From Barthelona sp. PCE (taxonomy: Eukaryota): a stretch of 64,000 nucleotides of DNA. Where the stretch lies: positions 1,178,001 through 1,242,000 of the forward strand of contig JAUFOR010000001.1 in NCBI GenBank assembly GCA_040285745.1, in the 5' to 3' direction. This document shows positions 1 to 8,928 of this stretch, piece after piece. The position numbers and the translations under genes were made by a program. Below the pieces are notes generated by a model, which saw nothing but the letters and a program-made list of their open reading frames with translations, was not told the origin of the DNA and did no database searches. The number at the start of each line of letters is the position of its first letter. The first letter of the stretch is position 1.

Positions 1-785
1 TTGCTGCTGTTCCAATTGTAATTATGTTGTTTTCTCTTTTGTTCAATGATAAGAGCTATGACGCTGCTGTGATTCTTGGTTTAGTCGGAATTACTTTACA
101 GATCTTGTTTACTTTATATCTTCTTGGTGTCTGGATCCAGGATGATCGTATGTCAGTTGATCGTTGCTCCACCATCCTATTCCTGCCTGTTGTAGCTGTT
201 TTGTTAGGTGGTCTTGTATTTGCAAAATTGCCAAATTTCCATTTTCATAAGGAAATTATGTACTTCTGTTTAGGTGTAGGAACAATGCTTTGGATCAAAT
301 TGAACGTTAACTTCTTCCAAAGATCAATTTACGGTAAAAAATGGTTACAAGGTAAATTCGCCTTTGCCAACTATATTTTATTAGCTCCCACTGCAATTAT
401 GGCTGTCACAATTGAAATCATCAGCAAGCGTAACGGAGGAACCACCGCATCACCTTTGGCTATTGCTTTATGGGGTTGTTCTCTCTTTTATCTTTTATTC
501 AATTTACGTTTATTACCTCTTTTCTTTAAAGTTGGTGCTTTTAACAAATATGCAATCTCTATGAATGCTGTTATTTTCCCTAATGCTGCATTAACTGTAA
601 GTACTTTTATGGTTGAATATTCACTTAATATTGGTGGTTTATTGCTAGGTTTGGTTATTTTCCTTACTGTTGTTACTACTGTTGTGTTCATTGCAACAAT
701 AATTAACATGTTTAAGGGTGAGTTCTTCGCTGAGGTACTTCCCAAGAAGAAACCTGCAGCCAAACCTGTTTGTTGTGATGTTTAA
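1..785 (+). CDS. TDT/SLAC1/TehA-family anion channel or transporter, 5'-truncated by the window edge
   Basis: The frame is open back to position 3. Multiple hydrophobic helices. FLPVVA, LAPTAI and IFPNAAL resemble TehA/SLAC1 'FPxAAL' motifs. Confidence 0.7.
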   Translation, partial: AAVPIVIMLFSLLFNDKSYDAAVILGLVGITLQILFTLYLLGVWIQDDRMSVDRCSTILFLPVVAVLLGGLVFAKLPNFHFHKEIMYFCLGVGTMLWIKLNVNFFQRSIYGKKWLQGKFAFANYILLAPTAIMAVTIEIISKRNGGTTASPLAIALWGCSLFYLLFNLRLLPLFFKVGAFNKYAISMNAVIFPNAALTVSTFMVEYSLNIGGLLLGLVIFLTVVTTVVFIATIINMFKGEFFAEVLPKKKPAAKPVCCDV

Positions 786-1025
786 GCAGTTATTCATGTA
801 ATATTAGCTCAGGGAAACACTCGTTGAGTCTAACTCAGTTCAGTCTGGGTAAATCGCACTAGTAAATAGCCAAGCTTTGATCATATCTATACAATCAAAC
901 CTTATCTAAATCCCATCGCGTTGAAATAGTCAATATTTATTACTTCAATATTGGAACCAATCTTTTCATCCTTTAGTTGTTTGCACTGAGCATAATCAAA
1001 GATAAAATATAATTTGTTTTACTAC

Positions 1026-2288
1026 TTAATAAACATCATCAAAAACGATACGACCACCATCACTAACAGCACAAAGCTTTAACGACATAGTACCAACCAT
1101 CAACTCTTCAGGGATACGCTCACCAGGGGCAATATACCGAACACAAACAGCTGCAGTGTCAATCTTAAACAGTGCACCAGCCAATGTCTTCAGATCGTCA
1201 ACAGTCATTGTATCAGGTAACTTCTTTGTAACAGAAGTCATGTCACCAGTTACAGAGTTGTTTTGGAGACCTAATTCAATAATAGTACGTTGAGAAGTAG
1301 CTGCTTTAGTGGCAACATGATCACGGTTAATATCGTGCTTCTTACTGAGACGTTCGAGAGCTTCTCTCTTATAATCCTCAATTTGATCATCATCAAGCTC
1401 AAACGAGCGAACAACAAATAAAACTTCTGCATCTCTACGTTCATTACGAAGAATTTCTCCACCATTGAACTTACGCAGATAAGGCATGAGGGCGACAAGG
1501 AAAGATCTATCCTGTCTGTTTTTGATAAGAGGACAATCAACAACCTTTAATTCAGAAAGACTTTCCCTCATAGCAACTACAGACTCCCAATCGTCAAAAG
1601 CCGTTTGACTTAATAGTAAGAGACGCACCTTTGGGAGGGCCGTGGGGTCAAGGGTTGTGATTGCAGGGTTGTTATCCAGATAAAGAATGTCCAATTTAGG
1701 GAAAAAATGAAGGAAATCTAGAGCAGGAGATGTGAGCTCATTCTTTGAGAGAACAAGCATCGTCATGTTATGTGTCTCTGTTACAGTGAGGTTCTGCAGC
1801 TTTAAGTCAGCTATGTATAAAGAACGAAGAGAGGTAAAAGATTTAATCACCCATTCAATATCAGAACCGGTAGCAGAACTGCTGTTGAATACAAGGGATG
1901 TTATTGTACTGTTGGTAAAAGTCTCATCCACAAAATCTGAGGGTGAATCTGTGAATTGACAGTGCGCACAATAAATTTCACGTAAACCAGGCAAATTCTT
2001 AATAAGATCAAGGAGAATGCGCCATGACAGCTGATTATCAGCAAGATCTAAACGTTTGCAGCTTTGTAAAAGAGCGATAGCATCAGAATCCACTTCAATA
2101 ATGGGTTCACCTAAAGAACTGAGTCCAATGTCCTGCAAGCGCAGGGTATTCGACATTTGAGTGAAAGAACTCTCCTGACCAACAAAGTCAAACACAACAG
2201 TACTTTCTTTACCATCAGTAAAGGTATTTTCATCAACCAAGGTGGTTTCGTCGCAATATTTTGCTTTGATGAACTTAGATAGAGGCAT
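1026..2288 (-). CDS. Tubulin-folding cofactor E-like protein (LRR plus C-terminal ubiquitin-like domain, no CAP-Gly)
   Basis: LRRs (LDLADNQL, LVLSKNEL, LYLDNNP), ERRDAEVLF, and a UBL-like tail (KKLPDTMTVDDLKTLAGALFKI). First ATG at 2288; 420 aa. Confidence 0.75.
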   Translation of the reverse strand: MPLSKFIKAKYCDETTLVDENTFTDGKESTVVFDFVGQESSFTQMSNTLRLQDIGLSSLGEPIIEVDSDAIALLQSCKRLDLADNQLSWRILLDLIKNLPGLREIYCAHCQFTDSPSDFVDETFTNSTITSLVFNSSSATGSDIEWVIKSFTSLRSLYIADLKLQNLTVTETHNMTMLVLSKNELTSPALDFLHFFPKLDILYLDNNPAITTLDPTALPKVRLLLLSQTAFDDWESVVAMRESLSELKVVDCPLIKNRQDRSFLVALMPYLRKFNGGEILRNERRDAEVLFVVRSFELDDDQIEDYKREALERLSKKHDINRDHVATKAATSQRTIIELGLQNNSVTGDMTSVTKKLPDTMTVDDLKTLAGALFKIDTAAVCVRYIAPGERIPEELMVGTMSLKLCAVSDGGRIVFDDVY

Positions 2289-2491
2289 TTCAATACAGTA
2301 AACAGGAAGAAAACCGGTAAGCAAAAAAAACGATTGCCTTTTTTATATAGTGATGAAAAACTTTGCTTATCGGACCAAAAATTCCTACGACTGCATGATG
2401 GACTTGCAAAGAATAAAGAATCTGTTTTAGCATTTCCCTCTGTATTTAAAAATGAAATTTGGGTAATGATTTGAACATATCTTTCACACTA

Positions 2492-3580
2492 ATGGACTTT
2501 GACTTTGACCTGGACGCCTTTAAGAACGAAATTGAAGCAAACAGCAAGTCACACCAGTTGACTGTAACTCCAACCCCTATAAGACGAAAATCAACCTATG
2601 GGAATCCAGCCATACAGGAATTCCCAGTGTTTCCAAACGATAGTTCACAAGAACATCATCCATGTGAATTGTCAGAGATAGGAGAGAGTAATAGCACGGA
2701 TTCAAGTGTTTATGATCCAAAAAGGATATCCACCGCTGGGTATTCACAGAGAATCGCAGAGAACTGGGCCCCAACAGATCTGGAAGACATTACAGAGTTG
2801 GATAACGTTTCATTTTCTCCAGGTGTAATACCCAATATAGATTTAATACACACAAGTAACGAGTCAAACACAGGTTCAGCGGCGCCATTCACAAATTTTG
2901 AAGAAGGTCATGAAGAACCAATAGCCGAATGTTTCACCGATGAAGAGCTAGATGATACTACAGATAGTGATGCAGTAGCTATTGTGCCAATAGAAATTGC
3001 AATGGGGAGGAAGAACAGCACACCTATTGACTTGTTAAGAGATTATAGACCAGTTAAAATTTTTGAAGAAGTAGAATACGTCAGTGATTTAGAAATTGTA
3101 CATGATACTGATATAGATGATTTGTTTGATGATGTAGATACAGATACAGACTCATCAACGACTTCATCGTTGGCTACATTGCCGCATTTAGATTTGAGGA
3201 TATCCCATGAAGATTTTGCTATTTCTTCATTATTAAAGAGTTTGAATTCCTCAAGGAGTAATAGTAGAGCAGAGATATATAATAATCAAAGCCACAGCAA
3301 CATGATAAGTGACTGTAGTGTACAGAATAGTTTTTATTTGACCAGATCAGATCTAAACAGTGAACAAGAATTTTGCATTGATCAAACACCTGCTTTAACA
3401 ACTGTACTGGATTCTGGCACAGAGGAAGTGGATAACATCTCAGAATTAGAACATTTAGAACATCAGTCCAGTAGTTGGGTGAGGGTTTCTAATTCTGATC
3501 AACGAGGGCGATTGTTCTTCTATATTCTATGTGTTGTGGCGGTTTTAGTTGCAGTAATTATCATTATTTTTGTGATATAG
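2492..3580 (+). CDS. Hypothetical acidic/Ser-rich tail-anchored membrane protein
   Basis: Long ORF, first ATG at 2492. Low-complexity D/E/S content and a single C-terminal hydrophobic helix (LFFYILCVVAVLVAVIIIIFVI). Confidence 0.7.
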   Translation: MDFDFDLDAFKNEIEANSKSHQLTVTPTPIRRKSTYGNPAIQEFPVFPNDSSQEHHPCELSEIGESNSTDSSVYDPKRISTAGYSQRIAENWAPTDLEDITELDNVSFSPGVIPNIDLIHTSNESNTGSAAPFTNFEEGHEEPIAECFTDEELDDTTDSDAVAIVPIEIAMGRKNSTPIDLLRDYRPVKIFEEVEYVSDLEIVHDTDIDDLFDDVDTDTDSSTTSSLATLPHLDLRISHEDFAISSLLKSLNSSRSNSRAEIYNNQSHSNMISDCSVQNSFYLTRSDLNSEQEFCIDQTPALTTVLDSGTEEVDNISELEHLEHQSSSWVRVSNSDQRGRLFFYILCVVAVLVAVIIIIFVI

Positions 3581-3691
3581 ATAGCATTATTTACAATATA
3601 GCACTCGGTTCTGCGTATTTGAATAAACAAATAATTATTAAAAAATAAAGTATTTTTATTAAATACTTATCACAATACAATCTAAATTTAC

Positions 3692-5269
3692 TTAGTAGTC
3701 TTCTGAACGACGTGAATATCTACGATTGCTCATTCGACGTTCCCTATCTTTACGTTCACTACCAACTCTAAAACCATGATGTGATACACCCATACGCTGT
3801 AACATCTCTCTAGCACTTTCAATGGCTTGTTTAGTAGTATTTCTAGTAAATCTTGCAAGGTAAGGACGTTCTCTATCCTCTCTTTTACGACGATTATCTT
3901 TTGGTTCTGGTTGTTGTTCTTCTTCTTTGGAGGGTTGGTTCTGCTGGTTAGGGTTCTGATTAGGATTACCAGGCTTCTGATGACGCACAGAGCGTGTAAT
4001 GGATGATAATTCACTTTTTTTCAAGAATGACCAATCAAAGCAATAATCGTATGCGTAACCTTCTCTGTTGAATAAATCACGTAAAATCTTACGCAGATAT
4101 CCATAGTCTGGACGATCTTCAAAGCGTAAAGCACGACAATAGTTCAAATAAATGGTAAACTCTGCAGGAAAACCTCTGCAAAGTGCTTCAACAGAAGTGC
4201 TAATTTTTCGTTCACTGATACGCTCATATTTCTCACGCTTAGTGGCAGCGTGAAGAGATTGCCAAGGTAAAGAACCTCTTAAGAAGTATAAAAGGACATA
4301 AGCTAAACATTCTAAATCATCTCGACGGGATTGTTCTACACCTAAATGGGTATTCACACTGGCGTATCTAGCTGTACCAGTCAGACTCTTGTTCTCTCTG
4401 TAACGGATATGAATACCTGTACGATGATCACGGTATTTTTTAGCTAAACCAAAATCTATAATATTAACCATATTCATCTTTGTACCCGTTCCCATCAAAA
4501 AGTTATCAGGTTTGATATCTCTGTGGATATAGTTCTTTGCGTGTACATATTCAATACGTGAAAGCATCTGATCAGCCAACATTAATGTAGTTTTGAGACT
4601 GAAACGTGAATGACAAACCTTGAATAGATCCTCCAATGAGGGGCCCAGCAGTTCCATAACCATGACGTTGTAATCTCCTTCTACACCGTACCAACGAACG
4701 TGTGGAATACCAATACCACCAGACATGATTCTGTACAGTTTTGACTCATAGATGAGCTGTGGGTGTGGTGAGCGCAGCGGCTCCAGCTTGATTGCGATTT
4801 CCCTAAATGTTAGTTTTGTTCAAAGTAAAAATATTGATTAGGTAAACTTGTATGAAACGTATTTCCTTCAAGAACTTATCCTATTCTGCTTGGGACGCTG
4901 CCGTGCACCAAATCAGAGTGTTAATATCATGAAATTCTTTTAAATTAGCGACAAAAAGCTGTGATGGTTCAATTCTTCCAAATAATCTTTTCGTCGCTCC
5001 TCCTGGTTCACGTCACTTGTTGGTTACCAATCAAATGTTTAAAATCATACTCCCCTGTAACCATATTGTAACCTATATGGATGTCACCGAAGGATCCACC
5101 TCCAATTCGGCGGCCAACCCTATACTTATCTCCGACGCTAAATGTGAGTTTCAAACACAGTTAAGAGCACCAAAATCCCTTATACACTTAGGGATCCAAT
5201 CGTTTCTTGAAACAACCGTTCATGTAAATATGGCGCGTCCATGTGCAAATCATACATAGTAGGAACCAT
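3692..5269 (-). CDS. CK1: Casein kinase 1 (delta/epsilon-like), 3 exons: 5269-5256, 5137-5051, 4802-3692; 403 aa
   Basis: Splicing gives [50 protein letters not shown]. Also [29 protein letters not shown] and EQSRRDD. Confidence 0.95.
4803..5050 (-). other. Spliceosomal intron 2 of CK1 (248 nt)
   Basis: GTATGA...ACTAACATTTAG. Removal restores GE|EIAIKLE in frame. Confidence 0.93.
5138..5255 (-). other. Spliceosomal intron 1 of CK1 (118 nt)
   Basis: GTATGA...ACTCACATTTAG. Joins ATG GTT CCT ACT AT|C GTC GGA. Confidence 0.88.
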
Positions 5270-5815
5270 TGTAATCTGTTAAACTATATCGAACGAAAAT
5301 GAAAAGGGTGTAAAATATTGAACAAACCGTTTATTTGGTCATTTGGACGTAAATGTATTGTGATAAAGGTCTAAAGAATATTTGTAGCATGTAAATGCTG
5401 TCAAATTAAGTTCACTAGATACATAGATTGTTTTTAATATAGTTATCTTTGTATGTTGATTTTTCGAGAATAATTGCTCCATAAATACACCTTAAATACT
5501 TGTTCAATTCCGCCTGTGTTAACCATTAGCGACATACTCTGCAAAGAACGTGAGAATTCGACAAATTCAATATTTACAAGGATTGAAAAATTGAGCAGAA
5601 GGTACTAAACACAAGATACAGCCTTAACGCTGATAATGAATCCACTTTTATAAGTTCATGTTGAGCCAGAGTATTTTTGATATGTTGTTCTTAAAATTGT
5701 GGGATATAAATGTGGGTAATTGTCTTTAAACTTTCTAAAACCTACATAACCAACATGGAAAAAGTAGTATGTGAAATAAGTAACGTTTCACCTTATTTCC
5801 CCCGTTTTCGTAAGA

Positions 5816-6139
5816 ATGGAGTTCGATCTTCAGGATTCCCAGAGCTTACAGCAGGTTTTAGATCTGGTCAAATCAGATAAACTAGCGGAAGACCGTGTAT
5901 ATGCAGTTTTTGAACAGGTTCTTGCACACATTAACAATTTAGTCACTTATGATGAAATGCCGAAGTTTGCATCGGCGGGGCGCGAAAAGGACGAACCTTG
6001 GAATACTGATATTCCAGAGATAAATGAGGTTGAAGAGTTTTCAGAGACACCCGCAGCTGATTTTCCAAGCACAAGTTCAGCACCATACTCCCGGCCCGTG
6101 TCACCACTATCGTTCATGTCACAAGAATATGATCTTTAG
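5816..6139 (+). CDS. Small acidic hypothetical protein (107 aa), possibly a 5' part or upstream ORF of the CCT gene
   Basis: ATG-initiated ORF with protein-like composition. Ends 37 nt before the next ATG. Confidence 0.5.
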   Translation: MEFDLQDSQSLQQVLDLVKSDKLAEDRVYAVFEQVLAHINNLVTYDEMPKFASAGREKDEPWNTDIPEINEVEEFSETPAADFPSTSSAPYSRPVSPLSFMSQEYDL

Positions 6140-6176
6140 GGTGACTACGAAGTTTAACGATTATATTTTCATTATT

Positions 6177-7160
6177 ATGTTTCCTTTCAACAGCACCCCA
6201 CAACCAGAGGATACTCTTGGGGACGGCCCGTGGCACGTTCAGCTGAAGAACAACGATCTTACTGATGATTTGATGGATATATTGCCTGCCACTCCTCAAA
6301 TTGATGATTTCTCCGACAATATAACTGCTGACATCTTCCCCACCCCTCTTTCTATGATCACCACGCCTATCCTTAGCTTGGAATACACTTTTGAGGACAC
6401 CATTCCACCATTTCAGAATGATCAACAAGATTTTTTTTTAAAGACAGAGGATATGTTTAATAGTCCTCCTATGAAAATACAGCGGGTTAATGCGCCACAG
6501 TTAACCGCACCCATTCCCCTTCCCCTTCCTTCAGCGGATTTGGTACATGAAATCACAGGAAAAGAGCTACCAATCACAGAAAGGAATGTGAAGGAGGAAG
6601 ATGTGCATGAGGTAGAAGATGAAGAAACAGAAGAGGAAGAGGAAGAAATGGAAGATAATTTCAAGTTAGTTCATCCAGAGCGACGTCGAATTACTTTTAC
6701 TTATCCGAAAATTTTATCTTCGCCTGAGGAAGAAATCAATGATGAGAAGGTGTTTGAGATAGATAGCGATGGTTATGAAGTACCCCTAGTTGCGGAAAAG
6801 AAAAATGAGGTTCAGAAGGAGAAGAAGAAAAAGTTGTATGGATCCAAGAAGAGGCGCTACGTTAAGAAGAAGAGAAGAACGCCACCTTACTGCGGCCCAC
6901 GTGATCTACAGAAGGAATTTGATGAGGAAATTTTTCCACAAGCGGTTTGGGAAAGAAAGATTGAAGAATTAAAACCTAGAAGGGCAATTGGAGCATATAC
7001 ACCAGTGGAACGCTGGAGGCGCATCAGAGAATATGCAGAAAAACGTTCTGCAAGGGAGTACGGGAAGAAAATAAGATATAATGTTCGTAAATCTATTGCA
7101 CAGAAAAGAAAACGTATTGATGGTAGGTTTGTTACAACTCAAACGACAGTTCGTGCCTAA
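6177..7160 (+). CDS. CCT-domain protein (CONSTANS/TOC1-type DNA-binding motif)
   Basis: C-terminal ERWRRIREYAEKRSAREYGKKIRYNVRKSIAQKRKRIDGRFV matches the CCT consensus (R..RY..K...R.F.KKIRY..RK..A..R.R..GRF). Acidic tract and basic NLS-like segment upstream. The start is uncertain because the frame is open from 6024. Confidence 0.85.
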   Translation: MFPFNSTPQPEDTLGDGPWHVQLKNNDLTDDLMDILPATPQIDDFSDNITADIFPTPLSMITTPILSLEYTFEDTIPPFQNDQQDFFLKTEDMFNSPPMKIQRVNAPQLTAPIPLPLPSADLVHEITGKELPITERNVKEEDVHEVEDEETEEEEEEMEDNFKLVHPERRRITFTYPKILSSPEEEINDEKVFEIDSDGYEVPLVAEKKNEVQKEKKKKLYGSKKRRYVKKKRRTPPYCGPRDLQKEFDEEIFPQAVWERKIEELKPRRAIGAYTPVERWRRIREYAEKRSAREYGKKIRYNVRKSIAQKRKRIDGRFVTTQTTVRA

Positions 7161-7175
7161 AAGTAATATTTACAT

Positions 7176-7625
7176 TCATAGTTCATAGCTAACATTTCGA
7201 TGAGGAATACCTACTTCAGTAAATTGCTCACCAAACACTGTGAAACCAAGTTTGATATAAAAATCTAAAGCTACACATCTTGCATGAGCTATAACAGTTG
7301 TATATCCCATTTTTCGTGCTTTTTTTTCAAAACTTTCCCATAATAACCTACCGATACCTTTTTTAGGAACGAGAGAAGCCATTTGAAATAATTGAATTTC
7401 ATTTTTGTTGAGGGGATGCATACTAACAACCCCAATAACCTGTTCTTCCTGTTTTTGTGGATCCCACTTCACGCATGCGAGGTGGATTGAGCCTTCATCC
7501 TTGTTGTTGTATGCTGTTTGATATTCCATACCGAGTGGTTGACGTAGAGTTTTGTATCTCACCTCCACTATTTTCTCAAAGTTTTCTGTGTCCATTTCCA
7601 CGTCTATAATTCTCATTTCCTCCAT
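7176..7625 (-). CDS. GNAT-family N-acetyltransferase (ElaA/YjcF-like)
   Basis: VRYKTLRQPLG, QMA..PKKGIGRLL, HAR..ALDFYIKLGF and FTEVGIPH. ATG at 7625. Confidence 0.85.
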   Translation of the reverse strand: MEEMRIIDVEMDTENFEKIVEVRYKTLRQPLGMEYQTAYNNKDEGSIHLACVKWDPQKQEEQVIGVVSMHPLNKNEIQLFQMASLVPKKGIGRLLWESFEKKARKMGYTTVIAHARCVALDFYIKLGFTVFGEQFTEVGIPHRNVSYEL

Positions 7626-7733
7626 TGTGCAATATAAAATAAAAAAGGACCCTCTTGAAAATGGTAGAAATTTGTCAAGCAATGTTTCAACAATGAGATC
7701 TCTGTGTTTATTACTTCATATGTGCAAAGTTAT

Positions 7734-8810
7734 CTAGTGTAAGTACTCTGGAAGTACCTCAACTCCTTCAAATTTATATCCACTTAGTATCTCTGTTTCA
7801 GGGATTAAAATCTCCTTTGTATTGATATCAAAAAGAGTGAAATATGTAGTCAGGTGACCATCCACCTCCTGTGATTTAAGTGCCATAAATACATCATGAT
7901 GTAGAGGTAGATATTTAACCGAAGAAAAACCTCTAGTACCGTCAACTTCACCAACTGTAGTGACATCAATATTTTGGAACTTCTCATCAGCCACGATAAC
8001 CTTATTACTACCTCTAGTTTCATCTAACTCATCATCATAAGATTCAGTAGAAAATCTTCTGGGTAAAAAGTACCAACTTCGATGATACGGATGCCAAATA
8101 GCAGCCTCATGGATCATATACCCTGGGTGCACTGTGCCAGTAGCCTTATTCATGGCTAAGAAGTTATGTTCCCAATTAATGTGAGAAACTCCTCCATGTT
8201 TATCAATTACCTTAATCCATCTTGGTACATCTTTCATATTCTCAACAATTTGGCCAGTTGGGGTTGTCCAGTACTTTCCAATGGACATGACAAACAGTTT
8301 ACCATCTTTAACCGTCGCTATTTCTGTTTTAAATCCTTTATCATGGGATACTCCATCACCTGTTACTAAAATCCAGCGTGGGAGGACTTTAAAGTCTTTT
8401 GTGACCTCGAAGACAGCACCTGTGCGGTCATCAAAAGCATATAGCTTATCATTATACACCTGTAACTCTGAAAATTCCGCACCTCTACCCTTTTCATTCA
8501 AGGTTGTGTTTAATATTATGGGGGCATGATCCCAAGTGACAGACCAGCCGTTGTTGCCGTCAAGGACGAGGTTCCCGCGCAGAAATGCGCTTTGCCATAC
8601 GTTCTGACCTGGTTTCTTACTTAAAAGATCTTGGTCAGCGCATACGCCAATTCTGTATGTGTGATGTGTAGGAGAAGGTTTCTTTGTGAGAGATCCCACT
8701 GAGTTTAGTGTTCCAATAAGGAAAACAAGTGTGATTAGAGCGATTGTTACTAACAGTGTTAATTTCTTTACCCGCTGTGCTTGTGCTGCTCCCCTGTCCC
8801 GTACCGTCAT
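7734..8810 (-). CDS. CANT1: Calcium-activated nucleotidase/apyrase (CANT1 family), type II membrane anchor
   Basis: ADQD, GRGAEFSEL, DDRTG, KGFKTE, GYMIHEA, FLPRR, RGFSS and KFEGVE. Confidence 0.92.
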   Translation of the reverse strand: MTVRDRGAAQAQRVKKLTLLVTIALITLVFLIGTLNSVGSLTKKPSPTHHTYRIGVCADQDLLSKKPGQNVWQSAFLRGNLVLDGNNGWSVTWDHAPIILNTTLNEKGRGAEFSELQVYNDKLYAFDDRTGAVFEVTKDFKVLPRWILVTGDGVSHDKGFKTEIATVKDGKLFVMSIGKYWTTPTGQIVENMKDVPRWIKVIDKHGGVSHINWEHNFLAMNKATGTVHPGYMIHEAAIWHPYHRSWYFLPRRFSTESYDDELDETRGSNKVIVADEKFQNIDVTTVGEVDGTRGFSSVKYLPLHHDVFMALKSQEVDGHLTTYFTLFDINTKEILIPETEILSGYKFEGVEVLPEYLH

Positions 8811-8928
8811 TGCAAGGTCGGTCTTAAATTATGTAAAAAGGAAGAAATGCTTAAGCATTTTTTTGAAGTCAATTTTTCCAACCATTTCAAACCATTTTTC
8901 AACGTCGCGCGATTTATTTCATCGAGAA

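Noticed and set aside
5017-5259. 80-aa plus-strand ORF
   Set aside because: Antisense to CK1 exons 1-2 and its introns.
5755-5814. ATG GAA AAA GTA followed by a GTATGT donor-like site upstream of the 107-aa ORF
   Set aside because: No CT(A/C)AC branch motif before the AG at 5814, and splicing to 5814 or 6139 leads to early stops.
8686-8928. 5' extensions from TTG/GTG starts in the ORF track (also 2324, 15382, 20238, 23336, 30494, 41552, 59453)
   Set aside because: Eukaryotic context; the extensions overlap neighbouring genes or AT-rich spacers, so the first suitable ATG was used.
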